Part shown: in pieces, positions 17,268-27,275 of the stretch
How positions within the stretch are numbered: the first letter of the stretch is position 1
Layout of the letters: the number at the start of each line of letters is the position of its first letter
NCBI GenBank assembly: GCA_009780065.1
Contig: WRAS01000002.1
Span: forward strand, 73,916 to 137,915
Origin: Bacillota bacterium
GTDB taxonomy: Bacteria; Bacillota; Clostridia; Christensenellales; UBA1242
Length of the DNA stretch: 64,000 nt
Direction of reading: 5' to 3'
Made by a program: the position numbers and the translations under genes
Notes under the pieces: generated by a model
What the model saw: only the letters and a program-made list of their open reading frames with translations
Databases searched by the model: none
What the model was told of the DNA's origin: nothing

Positions 17268-19871
17268 ATGTTTGTTGTAGAGAACATTTCCAAAAAATAT
17301 CGTGCCAAAGACGGAAAAGTTGTGGACGCACTCCGCGATGTCAGTTACACATTCCCCGAACGTGGCATGATTTTCGTGGTGGGCAAAAGCGGAAGCGGAA
17401 AATCCACCATGCTAAATATTCTGGGGTTACTTGATTCATATGACGAAGGCCAATTAATTATAAATGGCAAGTCATGTAAAGACATGAATGAACGCGAACG
17501 CGATATATACCGTGCCCACAACATTGGCTTTGTGTTCCAAGATTTTCATATAATCGAAAAGTATACAATTGGCAAGAACATCAGTCTGCCACTAGAGATA
17601 AAAAACAAAGAAACAAATAAGACCGAAGTTGCAGATGCACTTGCAAAGGTTGGATTGGTGGGTTTTGAAAAACGCAAAAGTACCGAAGTCTCTGGCGGAC
17701 AAAGACAACGTGTGGCGATTGCACGGGCTCTGATAAAAGACCCAAAAATTATTTTGGCGGACGAACCCACAGGAAATCTAGACAGTGTTACCAGCAAAGA
17801 GATTTTTACACTACTAAAAGAACTTTCAAAGGAAAAACTGGTGGTCGTTATCAGCCACGACTTGGACAGTGCCCACGCCTACGCCGATACTATAGTTGAA
17901 CTGGCAGACGGTCAAATTACGGATATATACGCAGGCGAAGGCAATATTGAAACAATCAAATTTATTGGCATTGAAAACATCCCAACAGACACCAGTGAAC
18001 TTGTAAAATCTGGTAAACGGGTTATCCTTGTGCCTGCAACAATTCATGCCACAAATTCGCCACCCCAAAGTATTATCCCTGACATTGCACCGCTCCCCCA
18101 TCGCGTTCGGCTTCCAATATCAAGCGCCTTTCGCCTGTCTCTAATCGGTTTGCGCGCTAAATGGGTTCGCATGGTTTTCATGATTATGCTTGCAATGTTT
18201 GCAACCGCATTTTTCGGGTTTGCGGATATGATCGGGCGATTTGATGTAAATCAAATATTATTAGAGGAGTTGAATCGACTGGATAAAAACTATGTCAGTA
18301 TTGGCATGGATTTTTTACCCGAAGATGCATCTGCCTTAACCGGACGTTGGTATACGCATATGGATACCGATGCATTGGAAAAATTTAATGAACTTGGCAT
18401 ACCGCATGTATTTCGTCGCGACTTTCCTGGCGAAGTAGCTTTTTTCGGAACATACCAAAACATGTTCCGCGGTCATCAACAGGCATTTTCACGAGGATTT
18501 CGTGGTGTAATCGAGGCAGACCCTCGTGACCTTGGATTTGATTTAATCTATGGACGTATGGCGGAAAACGCAAATGAAATTGTCATTACCAGTTATCACT
18601 TAGAGGCTTTCAAGCGTTTTGGCTACATTGTACGTACAAGCAATACCTCAATTGAGGTAAATTCGTTCGACGAATTGGCACAAGCTGAATTAACAATGCA
18701 TCGCAGACTTGATTTTCACGATTGGCTGACGTTACAGGTTGTTGGCGTTATAGACGTGGATTTATCAAAATTCCGAGAAATCTTGGACGTGAATCAATTC
18801 GTACAAAATCCAACTGCTCACCAACGAACATTGTTACGTGAATTCAATCTTAAAAAGGTTGATCATGCGAATATGATGTTTTCTGTGCCTGGGTTTTATA
18901 ATTCAATTTTTTATGCAATTCAATGGCCACATCATTTTGAACTTCAAATAGATTCTTTTTACGAGGTCGAGCATGAAAATATTCGTAACTTTGTACTTAA
19001 TGAAAACGCATTTAATCATTTTCCAGAAATTACCTTTTGCACAACCATTAACAGTGCGCAAGATTTTACAGGTTACCAAGCAATAATAAGCACCGAGTTA
19101 CTTGACCAATTGCTACCAACAGGTGAAACGTGGAATGGACGAACACTGCATCTGCGAACACGCACACATATACAGCAGATAGGTTTTGTTTGGACAGACA
19201 TCGAACTTGAAATCATTGGTATTATAGACTACGGTTTGAATGTTCTGGGACTTGGGCACGCAATTTATCATAAAATTACCCCAGATATCTCTATGACAGT
19301 AATCGTTCCAAACATAACAACATCCTCTGAACGATTAAATCTCATCCGCCAAATCAATTCCCTTTCTGATTTTGACCTTGGTCGTGGCGGTTATCATGCA
19401 TTTATCATATTCACACCATCCAGCTTCGAGATATATGGTCTTGATAGATACTTTTCATTGTTTGTAACCATATTTGCCGCAATTGCTCTGGCGTTCTGTA
19501 TATTTTCCATGATTCTGATTTATGGATTTATTAGTGGGTCAATTAACGCCCGAAAGAAAGATATCGGTATATTACGTTCACTTGGGGCGGGACGACGGGA
19601 CGTTGTCAAAATATTTGCAATCGAAAGCATCATTATTGCTATTCCCAAAATTATCCTTGGGATAATTACATGTTACATAGGTTACCGTGTTGCCACGCAT
19701 TTCTTTGTAAGTGAACTTGGCGAAATTGCAAGTCGCTACCGTCTGATATCATTCGGCATGCGACAAATAATATTAATATCTGTTGCATCCATTGTTGCTA
19801 TTGCACTTGCAATTACCTTGCCTATTATCAGAATTGCCCGCAAACAACCGTTAGAGGTCATACGTGGTTGA
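17268..19871 (+). CDS. fused ABC transporter ATP-binding/FtsX-like permease protein (MacB-type)
   Basis: Walker [10 protein letters not shown], signature [15 protein letters not shown], Walker [13 protein letters not shown]-terminal FtsX-type TM bundle ([18 protein letters not shown]). Confidence 0.85.
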   Translation: MFVVENISKKYRAKDGKVVDALRDVSYTFPERGMIFVVGKSGSGKSTMLNILGLLDSYDEGQLIINGKSCKDMNERERDIYRAHNIGFVFQDFHIIEKYTIGKNISLPLEIKNKETNKTEVADALAKVGLVGFEKRKSTEVSGGQRQRVAIARALIKDPKIILADEPTGNLDSVTSKEIFTLLKELSKEKLVVVISHDLDSAHAYADTIVELADGQITDIYAGEGNIETIKFIGIENIPTDTSELVKSGKRVILVPATIHATNSPPQSIIPDIAPLPHRVRLPISSAFRLSLIGLRAKWVRMVFMIMLAMFATAFFGFADMIGRFDVNQILLEELNRLDKNYVSIGMDFLPEDASALTGRWYTHMDTDALEKFNELGIPHVFRRDFPGEVAFFGTYQNMFRGHQQAFSRGFRGVIEADPRDLGFDLIYGRMAENANEIVITSYHLEAFKRFGYIVRTSNTSIEVNSFDELAQAELTMHRRLDFHDWLTLQVVGVIDVDLSKFREILDVNQFVQNPTAHQRTLLREFNLKKVDHANMMFSVPGFYNSIFYAIQWPHHFELQIDSFYEVEHENIRNFVLNENAFNHFPEITFCTTINSAQDFTGYQAIISTELLDQLLPTGETWNGRTLHLRTRTHIQQIGFVWTDIELEIIGIIDYGLNVLGLGHAIYHKITPDISMTVIVPNITTSSERLNLIRQINSLSDFDLGRGGYHAFIIFTPSSFEIYGLDRYFSLFVTIFAAIALAFCIFSMILIYGFISGSINARKKDIGILRSLGAGRRDVVKIFAIESIIIAIPKIILGIITCYIGYRVATHFFVSELGEIASRYRLISFGMRQIILISVASIVAIALAITLPIIRIARKQPLEVIRG

Positions 19872-20283
19872 TTTAATTCGTGTATTATAAAGCCAATTTT
19901 AATGGTATAATAATGTCACTTATAATCGTGTACTTTATGTTCCTTTTGCAAAAAACATATACGCAACAAGTGGACTTTGGGCGTCCTTAGTAATGTCGTT
20001 TGACGTTGTAAACCCAAATCCATTCTTGATTCCAACACATGCAGATATCGCATTAATTGGTAATTTTCCAAATTATTTCCAAGGATTTACCAACAAATTC
20101 CACGTCCAAGTGAATATTAGCAATAACACAGGTGCAACCCATCCATTTAACGCACTATGGAGGCATTGGCGGTGGACAAATAAGCAATACTGAATATGTT
20201 GAAATTACTCTCCTCTCGCCTCGCGCAAACACAGGTAATCGGGAATATCGAACCACCACAGTCACTGTCCCATTTGTATGGAG

Positions 20284-21009
20284 TTAAACAATTCCAAAAG
20301 CAACCTCAACATGTGCGGTGACCTCTATATCGTTAGACCTAATTGGTGTGCCGTCTACTGAATAACTTCTATAACTGTATCCACCGAAACCATAGTAATT
20401 TGTCTCTTTTACCGAGATAATTTTAATATCACCAATATCTGTCACCGCAGACAACAGCAGTGCTTTTTGTTCTGCGGATTCAATTGCTTTTACAAGGGCA
20501 GCATTATACGCTGACGTGTTATCCGAGATGCCAAATTGTACGCCGCCTACACTGGTAACGCCTATTGCGGCTGCAAGGTCGATTATTTTACCCACATTAT
20601 TAATGTCCCGCACTTTTACATTCAATTGATTACTTACTCTGTGCCCCGACACTCTGTCATAATGACCATAATCATGCTCAGGGTATATATTAAACCAACT
20701 GGTACATATACTATCTTCTGATATACCCTGCTCCCCCAACATCTTTATCAGCCGCTGAACTCTTTGTGTATTTTCTTTTTGTGCTTCCGCCAAGTTTCTA
20801 TTTCTTGTTTCCACCGTTAAATTAATATTTGCAAAATCTGGTCTTACATGAACCACACCCACACCCGTTACTGTTATATTGGAATATTGTACCTGATTAA
20901 CACTGGTTGCCATAACTGTATTAGATTGACTGGCACCACCAATCAACGTTATCCCAACAGCCAAAATTGAAAGAGTCATCACCAACGTACATAAAATATA
21001 TTTCTTCAT
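20284..21009 (-). CDS. SIMPL/DUF541 domain protein with signal peptide
   Basis: MKKYILCTLVMTLSILAVG signal sequence. The pattern VTGVGVVHVRPDFANINLTVETRNRNLAEAQKENTQRV is typical of SIMPL/BP26. Confidence 0.75.
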   Translation of the reverse strand: MKKYILCTLVMTLSILAVGITLIGGASQSNTVMATSVNQVQYSNITVTGVGVVHVRPDFANINLTVETRNRNLAEAQKENTQRVQRLIKMLGEQGISEDSICTSWFNIYPEHDYGHYDRVSGHRVSNQLNVKVRDINNVGKIIDLAAAIGVTSVGGVQFGISDNTSAYNAALVKAIESAEQKALLLSAVTDIGDIKIISVKETNYYGFGGYSYRSYSVDGTPIRSNDIEVTAHVEVAFGIV

Positions 21010-21112
21010 AAATGTAATGTAAGCAACAATATGAAATATATTCCCAAATGGCAATAAAAAACATGCAACGCGAAAAGCAAACAAATCACATTACATGTTC
21101 TATTTTTTATAA

Positions 21113-24049
21113 TCAGACAACTGGGTTTTCTTTTTTAGGCTTTCGTTTGGCAAAAATAATAACAATTATAGCAATAAACAACAACATACCAATTCCCGCT
21201 ATTATCAAAATCAACCAAGGAAAATCATTTTCATCAGTAGCATCGACCGACACCCACGGAAAACCATCAGCAACTACCCAACCTTGTGGCGGACTCCATG
21301 GGAAATCATGTCCAGGCCAACCATCCGCCGGCGTCCATCCATATGGCAAATAATCATTAATATCCCCATCAAAATCATTTGGGAATTCTGGACGCACATC
21401 AATCCATCTTGCGAATAAAACTTGGTCCTCTGACACTCCAAGTGTTATTTGCGTTACCTGTGTACCACCAACAGCAGGTGTCGTCCACCAACCGTTAAAC
21501 TCCCAACCCTGTACACCTGTTGGATTTTGCAACAAGAATGTTGGTGTTTCAATTGTAAATTCTGTTACATTTCCATGTGTAGCATTTTTCAAATTATTAA
21601 ACACAATATCAAATGTGATAACTGACCATCTGGCATGAAATGTTTGGTTACCAATTGTTCCAACAGTAATTCCAGTTGCAGGATTCGTAAACCCAGCATC
21701 ATAATACCATCCATCAAATGTCCGCCCCGTACGGTTTGCGGGATTATTCAACGTAAACGTTGGCGTCTCAATTGTAAAGGTACTTTGATTATTTGAATTA
21801 ACGCCGTCAAGGTTATTGAACGTAATGGTATAGTTAATCAAAGACCATCTTGCATGTAAAACTTGGTTACCTGACGTTCCAATTGCGATTTGTGTTAATT
21901 GTAAGCCACCTTCCGCAGGTGTTGTCCACCAGCCGTCAAAATTCCAACCTGCGCGATTTGTTGGGTCATTTAACGAAAACGTGGACGTGGACACAATAAA
22001 TGTACCAGGGTTATCATGCGTCTGTTCCCCAAGTCCATGATACGTAATTGTGTAAGCATTTCCAAACACCTGGATATTTAAATCGCGTACAATGTTGCTA
22101 AGATTCAGAACCACTGTGTTTCCACCAAATTCAACAATATTCCATCTTGCCGCAGATTCTGCCAACAAAAAGAATGTGGTCTCGCATTCGTCATCGCATT
22201 CACACAAATATTGGTCTTGTATTTCGTACAAACTTTGTCCATTTATAATTATATTGTTAATTGTACCGTGCGTTAATGTAAGAATAACATTTGATGCCCA
22301 AGCAACTTCGACATCCAAACTTGCGGTTCCCTGTCCAGTTGCACCCTGTGTCGTGGTTGTTATCATCCCGCCTGGGTTAGTTACAGCAATTTCAGGAGCA
22401 GTTGAAACACCCCAAACAAAGTTATTAAACGGTGTGTTCAGTGCCTGCCATCCCACTGGCGCAGACACATGTTCAATGAATATAGTTGCAGTGGTATACG
22501 TCGTGTATCCAGAAAAGACCCTGTTAAACGCATTTGGTCCAAGTGTTGTAACGCTTGCAGGAATTGTAACCGTTTCCAAAAAGAACAAAGACGCAAATGC
22601 TCTGTCACCGATTGTGTGCACGCTGTTTGGTATTTCTATGTGTTTCATTAAATTATATCTAAACGCACCAAATGGAATAACTTCCAACTGAGAGCCTTCT
22701 TCGAAAATTAATTCTTCTATTAAATTTTCGTTGAATGCGTTCTCGCCAATACTTACAAGTGTATTTGGAATCGTAACGGATGTTATTCTGTTTCTGTGCA
22801 GAATTTCACCTGCTGCTGGAAACCTTTGTCCATCAAACGCAGTATTTCCAATAGACTCTAACCCATTTCCAAGTGTCACATTAACAAGACGATTATGTCT
22901 AAACGCGTTGTTTCCAATTTCCTTTACCGTTCCAGGGATTATTACGTCCACAAGAAAGTTTCGTTGAAATACTGCATTTGGGATTACTTCGATACCTGAA
23001 CCAATTTCAACACTGGCTAATTCATTATTGAAAAAGACACCCGTTCCCAACGTTGTCACATTATTAGGTATTACAAGCGTTGTCAAAAAATTATTGTTAA
23101 AGGCATCCGCCAAAATAGATATCACGGTGGTTGGAATATTTATATCCGTAAGATTATTATCTCTGAATGCATTTGCCCCAATGCTGGTCAATTCGTTCGA
23201 CAGTGTAACCATGTCTAGTTCATTATTCCTGAACGCCGACGTTCCAATTGTCATTATATTGTTTGGGATTACAATAGACGTCAGCAAATTATTTTCAAAC
23301 GCATTGTTATTAATTCCAACAAACAAAGGATTTGTCGAAAGTTGCAACGAAGTTAAACGGTTGCCACGAAATGCACTGTTTCCAATTGTTGTAACAGAAT
23401 TAGGAATAACAAAAGCCCCCTCGATACGGTTGGCATCAAATGCATTGGCATTGATGGCTGTTATATTGCTTGGTATTAAAAGCTCTTCCAGACGATTTCC
23501 CAAGAAAGCAGAAGCACCAATTGTCGATACCGTACCACCAGGAAGTGTGATGTCTGTTATAAAATTGTCTCTGAATATATCTGTACCAAGGGTAGTCATC
23601 TCGGTAGGCAAAACAAGATTAGTAATTATATTGTATCGAAAAGCATGATTACCTATTACGTTAACGCTTTCCGGCAATATAACCTCGATTACATTGCCTT
23701 GTGTATTTGTGTTGACTCCATCCGCACGAAATGCACCCGCACCAATATTGGTAACCGTGCCACCCCCAATCGTTGCCGGAATATGAAGCGCCAAATTTAC
23801 ATTCAGCATATCTCGAACCGATGGATCTAACCCGGTAATCGTTCTATTAACACCAGATGACGTAAATGTGAAATCAGATTCCTGATTAATTGTGACTGTT
23901 GCGTATCCCTCTCTTTCTTCTAACCTAGTTACACTTGCACCAACAACACTAGGCGGATTTCCAAATGGCATTCCCACAAGAATCGCGCCAAGAACAAAAG
24001 CAAAAACCCCAAGCGAAAACAATAATCCGTATATAATATTCTTTTTCAT
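21113..24049 (-). CDS. BspA-type leucine-rich-repeat surface protein with Listeria-Bacteroides-type repeats and a C-terminal TM anchor
   Basis: Many ~23 aa units of the IPNSVTTIGNSAFRGNRLTSL type. Three units of the FDGWW/FDGWYY...HARW type. N-terminal signal and a C-terminal hydrophobic helix followed by KRKPKK. Confidence 0.85.
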   Translation of the reverse strand: MKKNIIYGLLFSLGVFAFVLGAILVGMPFGNPPSVVGASVTRLEEREGYATVTINQESDFTFTSSGVNRTITGLDPSVRDMLNVNLALHIPATIGGGTVTNIGAGAFRADGVNTNTQGNVIEVILPESVNVIGNHAFRYNIITNLVLPTEMTTLGTDIFRDNFITDITLPGGTVSTIGASAFLGNRLEELLIPSNITAINANAFDANRIEGAFVIPNSVTTIGNSAFRGNRLTSLQLSTNPLFVGINNNAFENNLLTSIVIPNNIMTIGTSAFRNNELDMVTLSNELTSIGANAFRDNNLTDINIPTTVISILADAFNNNFLTTLVIPNNVTTLGTGVFFNNELASVEIGSGIEVIPNAVFQRNFLVDVIIPGTVKEIGNNAFRHNRLVNVTLGNGLESIGNTAFDGQRFPAAGEILHRNRITSVTIPNTLVSIGENAFNENLIEELIFEEGSQLEVIPFGAFRYNLMKHIEIPNSVHTIGDRAFASLFFLETVTIPASVTTLGPNAFNRVFSGYTTYTTATIFIEHVSAPVGWQALNTPFNNFVWGVSTAPEIAVTNPGGMITTTTQGATGQGTASLDVEVAWASNVILTLTHGTINNIIINGQSLYEIQDQYLCECDDECETTFFLLAESAARWNIVEFGGNTVVLNLSNIVRDLNIQVFGNAYTITYHGLGEQTHDNPGTFIVSTSTFSLNDPTNRAGWNFDGWWTTPAEGGLQLTQIAIGTSGNQVLHARWSLINYTITFNNLDGVNSNNQSTFTIETPTFTLNNPANRTGRTFDGWYYDAGFTNPATGITVGTIGNQTFHARWSVITFDIVFNNLKNATHGNVTEFTIETPTFLLQNPTGVQGWEFNGWWTTPAVGGTQVTQITLGVSEDQVLFARWIDVRPEFPNDFDGDINDYLPYGWTPADGWPGHDFPWSPPQGWVVADGFPWVSVDATDENDFPWLILIIAGIGMLLFIAIIVIIFAKRKPKKENPVV

Positions 24050-24171
24050 TAGTTCATCCCCCGACAGTATTATTATATACCATAATCAACCGTGCATCCA
24101 AATACTTATGCTCTCTGTCCAATTTTAAAATCATTATTTTGGTAATGTTTCCCATTGTTTTACGTTCATCC

Positions 24172-24200
24172 TTGACAAGAAAAATCGCATAATGTACAAT
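24172..24200 (+). promoter_or_regulatory. consensus sigma-70 promoter of the tRNA locus
   Basis: TTGACA (24172-24177), 17 nt spacer, TACAAT (24195-24200). It ends 12 nt before the tRNA 5' end. Confidence 0.6.
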
Positions 24201-24212
24201 ACTCCCAAGTGC

Positions 24213-24252
24213 GTGACCGTGGCGGAATGGCAGACGCGTAGCACTAAGGATG
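24213..24252 (+). tRNA. 5' half of a disrupted class II tRNA-Leu (anticodon AAG)
   Basis: Acceptor GTGACCG, Leu-type D arm GCG-GAATGGCAGA-CGC, anticodon stem TAGCA, loop CTAAGGA. The matching 3' half (TGCTA, variable arm, T arm, CGGTCAC-A-CCA) lies at 30200-30245. Confidence 0.7.
24241..24252 (+). repeat. attL core GCACTAAGGATG (12 bp direct repeat, also at 30190-30201)
   Basis: Identical 12-mers at both junctions. Sequence diverges immediately outside them. Confidence 0.65.
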
Positions 24253-24279
24253 TTACGCGTTTTCGTGGAAAGGAGGTAA

Positions 24280-24356
24280 GGATCTGTACCCCAATTGGCA
24301 GAGGGACACGACTAAGGATCGTGACAGTGGAGGTTCAAGTCCTCTCAGATCCACCA
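24280..24356 (+). tRNA. element-encoded 77 nt tRNA-like gene, anticodon AAG (Leu-type D arm and A73, but only a 5 nt variable loop)
   Basis: Acceptor GGATCTG/CAGATCC (7 bp perfect). D arm CCC-CAATTGGCAGA-GGG. Anticodon arm CACGA-CTAAGGA-TCGTG. T arm GGAGG-TTCAAGT-CCTCT. A73 plus an encoded CCA. Confidence 0.6.
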
Positions 24357-24400
24357 CAAATTGTGCTTTTGTTCAGTAAAATGCGCAATAAAACCACAAG

Positions 24401-24422
24401 ACCGCCCGCAAAGGCGGTTTTT
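24401..24422 (+). terminator. intrinsic terminator after the tRNA-like gene
   Basis: ACCGCC / GGCGGT stem with a CGCAAA loop and a T-run. Confidence 0.6.
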
Positions 24423-24499
24423 GTGTGCTTCGTTATTCAGTTGTCAATCTTACTTGTGAGTGTCGCCGTTTGGGCGATTTCACACATCTTTCACACATT

Positions 24500-25741
24500 C
24501 TAATTGCAAATGCGCAAGCGGCTCGGTGGGCTAGCAAAATCAAAGTGTCCATCAAGACTAGCCACCGCCGTTTGTTTGTCTTCATCGTCAACAGAGAGAT
24601 AGTATTTCATTGTCACAGTACAGTCGACATGCCCCAATAACTCTTGTATTGTCTTCATGTTTGCGCCTTGCTTCAAAAGATGCGATGCAAAACTGTGTCT
24701 GAATTTGTGCAAGTGTCCTTTGATTCCAAGACGACGACATAGGCGTGTGACCGTGTTCGACAATCTGTCGGGCTTTATCATCTTACCCATTTTGTCGACA
24801 AAGACATAGTCGCTATAATTGTGATTGTAAAATATTGCCTTGTTGTTTTCGGCAGTCAATTCTATCTGTCTAAATAGAATGTGTTGCGATTGCATGCTGA
24901 GTGGTATAGTTCTCTCGCTACTATCTGATTTCAGTTCTGTATATGCTTTCAAGCCTTCACCCGCAATTGGCAAAACTTTTTCTCTAACTCGTATAGTTCG
25001 GTTATCGAAATTTATCGCCGACCATTTCAACCCGACAATTTCAGAACGGCGCATGCCCGTCCACATTGCAAATTGAATTGGCAGGCAAGCCCCTTCATTT
25101 TCCAACGCTTCCCACAGTTGTCGCATTTCGTCTTTCGAGAAAAACTCTGCACGGCGCTGATTTACTTTCGGACTGTCGATGTTTTCAAAGGCATTGTGCG
25201 CCACAAACTTTTTGCGCTTTGCATATTTGAAAGCGGGTTTGTAGAAGCAAAGTATCTTCTTTATCGTGCAATCTGTAAACGGCTTGCCTTCACGTGTTTT
25301 CAATTTGCGTAAGTAGTCCACAAACGCTTCCGCATCAAATTCTGTAAAATCGGTTAGTTTCATGTCTTCACGTCCACGCATGCGCAAAAACTCTCTCATT
25401 TTATCGGGGTGGCTTGTCGTGTAGATGTAATAGACTAAGTCCGTCAATTTCTTCTCAGTCCTTCTGTGGTCGACATACTTTTGCAACAGTTGCATAACTG
25501 TCAAATTCGCATAGTCCACGTTCAAGCCGCGCCGTTTTGATAGTTCGGCTGAAAACTCGTCTATAAACGCTTTCTGCATGTCTTCCACACGTCGTTTGCC
25601 GCCACGATGATATTCGGCAAGGGTAAGTCCGGAGTTGCGCCACGCTTGTTTTCGCTTCACACCTTCGGCGTAGTCAATGACTATGCCCACGTAAACCTTG
25701 CTTCCAATCTTCTTCTCAATAATTCTGCTATTTAATTTCAT
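24500..25741 (-). CDS. tyrosine recombinase/integrase
   Basis: C-terminal catalytic region [37 protein letters not shown] plus an upstream [13 protein letters not shown] (Arg I) motif. Confidence 0.9.
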   Translation of the reverse strand: MKLNSRIIEKKIGSKVYVGIVIDYAEGVKRKQAWRNSGLTLAEYHRGGKRRVEDMQKAFIDEFSAELSKRRGLNVDYANLTVMQLLQKYVDHRRTEKKLTDLVYYIYTTSHPDKMREFLRMRGREDMKLTDFTEFDAEAFVDYLRKLKTREGKPFTDCTIKKILCFYKPAFKYAKRKKFVAHNAFENIDSPKVNQRRAEFFSKDEMRQLWEALENEGACLPIQFAMWTGMRRSEIVGLKWSAINFDNRTIRVREKVLPIAGEGLKAYTELKSDSSERTIPLSMQSQHILFRQIELTAENNKAIFYNHNYSDYVFVDKMGKMIKPDRLSNTVTRLCRRLGIKGHLHKFRHSFASHLLKQGANMKTIQELLGHVDCTVTMKYYLSVDDEDKQTAVASLDGHFDFASPPSRLRICN

Positions 25742-26073
25742 ACTAACCTCCTAATTTTAAGTTCTCGTGCTTTCAGTCCATAGTCCAATTCTCTCGTCAC
25801 GAATTGCGCCAAGTGAATTTTTGTGACCCTATGCTCTTTACCAATCTTAATTGTGGGTATGCGCCCAAGCAAGTCATACATTTTCGTGCGACCTAGACCC
25901 AAGATTGTCGCCGCTTGTGAAAGCGGTACCAAGTCTGGCAAGTCATTGAACAAGTCACCAGTCTCTATGTTGTTATAGCAACCCAGTTTGTAACCTGTGG
26001 CTATGCCCGACATAAAAAGCATTGTGCGTTCGTCTGTCTCACCAAAGAATTGATGTGTGATAATTTCGTTCAT
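25738..26073 (-). CDS. excisionase-like HTH DNA-binding protein
   Basis: [33 protein letters not shown] matches the excisionase/MerR-type HTH_17 pattern. AAGGAG RBS before the ATG at 26073. 4 nt overlap with the integrase start. Confidence 0.6.
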   Translation of the reverse strand: MNEIITHQFFGETDERTMLFMSGIATGYKLGCYNNIETGDLFNDLPDLVPLSQAATILGLGRTKMYDLLGRIPTIKIGKEHRVTKIHLAQFVTRELDYGLKARELKIRRLV

Positions 26074-26270
26074 TTCGTCTCCTTTTATTTTGAATTTCAG
26101 ACAGTGCGGAAAGTATGGGTGCGTGTCCACGCACCCAAAACTTGTGTCGCCACGTCACACCGAAAGTGTGTCAGTCTGTTGTCGTATTATAATACCCCAG
26201 CAACGTCTTTTCTGCATTTCGGGGCAAGTTAGCCGTCCGACTAAACGGCAATTTTTGAAACTTTTTTGTT

Positions 26271-26663
26271 TTACTTTCGTGGCTTGATAACCGCTTGATA
26301 ATAGCAATTACCACGAATACCCCCGCTGAAAAAATGCTTCATTGAATAGTCATGTATCTTGCCATTCGGATGCGGTCTTAATTGCGCCTTCGCCAGAAAG
26401 AACTCACTCATGGCTTTATACTCGTCAAGACCCAATTCATACCTTTGCCCATTCCGCTTGTCGTTGCAAAATTTCATGTTTTCCATGAGGCTTTGCCAGT
26501 CTAGGCGCGTCCACTCACCATGTGGGTGGGGTTTACCTTTGTGTTTTGGGTATCGTTCGCAATAGTCCCAAATTATCGCCTTTGTCTCGGCAAATGTCAT
26601 GCAAGTGTTAGCATTATGATGTGCGACTGATATAATTTGCTCGCACGGATAAATATTTTTCAT
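26271..26663 (-). CDS. hypothetical protein (element cargo)
   Basis: 130-codon ORF with a GGAG RBS. No recognisable motif. Confidence 0.55.
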   Translation of the reverse strand: MKNIYPCEQIISVAHHNANTCMTFAETKAIIWDYCERYPKHKGKPHPHGEWTRLDWQSLMENMKFCNDKRNGQRYELGLDEYKAMSEFFLAKAQLRPHPNGKIHDYSMKHFFSGGIRGNCYYQAVIKPRK

Positions 26664-26691
26664 TGTTAAAATCTCCTTTATTATACTATAT

Positions 26692-26827
26692 AGTAACTAG
26701 TAACAGTATAAGCCATGTTACTAGTTACTACCAACCTGTAAGAAAGAAATTCATACTACAAGTAATTTATCTAGTACCTACATCTCTCTTAATTGTACAA
26801 GTTACTTACCCGTTACTCGTTACTATT
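26692..26827. repeat. GTTACT iteron cluster with a perfect 13 bp inverted repeat
   Basis: AGTAACTAGTAAC (26692-26704) and GTTACTAGTTACT (26717-26729) are exact reverse complements. Three further direct GTTACT copies lie at 26801-26827. Confidence 0.5.
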
Positions 26828-27011
26828 CACTGGCAGGACACTACTGGCCAAAGCCATGCCGCCGCCTACCATTGCATTTCGCCGTTTGCCTTGAAACATG
26901 CTCTGTGATGTCATAGCATGCGCACTACGTCGCCTTCCTCGACATTTTGCACATCGTTTCACAAGCATGCCCAAGACGGCGAAAATTGCATTTGCGTTCA
27001 CCCCAAAAGTG

Positions 27012-27275
27012 TTAGGGTGAGTCAGTGCATTTTTCGTAGATGTTGCCGCACTGGTCGCAATGTTGAAAACCGAACGGCTCAAAAAACTTGTCATCGTCTT
27101 CGTCGCCAATCTTCTTGTGCATTCCGTAAAGTCGTGACATGATGTGTGGCGTGATAGGCTTCTCGCCGTATTCCAATTTTTGATAATACGACTTACTCAC
27201 ACGCAAATCTTTTGCCATGCTTCGCATTGTCCCACCGTGACGGTTTGACCGAAACTCTCTCAAAGGCTCAATCAT
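27012..27275 (-). CDS. Cro/XRE-like small HTH protein
   Basis: MRSMAKDLRVSKSYYQKLEYGEKP HTH segment. Divergent from the cI-like gene. Confidence 0.65.
   Translation of the reverse strand: MIEPLREFRSNRHGGTMRSMAKDLRVSKSYYQKLEYGEKPITPHIMSRLYGMHKKIGDEDDDKFFEPFGFQHCDQCGNIYEKCTDSP

Noticed and set aside
19993-20287. 66 aa ORF plus a ~45 aa out-of-frame continuation (…YGGIGGGQISNTEYVEITLLSPRANTGNREYRTTTVTVPFVWS)
   Set aside because: It may be a frameshifted remnant of a small beta-rich protein. However, there is no RBS, no recognisable family, and it overlaps the SIMPL gene stop. Too weak to annotate.
21113-24049. Regular ~69 nt periodicity resembling a repeat array
   Set aside because: The periodicity is explained by the leucine-rich-repeat units of a single long ORF. 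There are no spacer/repeat alternations typical of CRISPR.
24213-24356. Possibility that 24213-24356 is one tRNA with an intron or a tandem pair of intact tRNAs
   Set aside because: The first acceptor strand GTGACCG has no complementary 3' strand before 24356 (the only candidate is CAGATCC). No T arm follows the first anticodon arm. The perfect partner lies at 30200-30245.
26663-27142. ORFs 26663-26908 (+), 26813-27109 (-) and 26918-27142 (+)
   Set aside because: They overlap one another and the iteron region or the Cro-like gene, and they lack RBSs. The region is better explained as regulatory or non-coding DNA.
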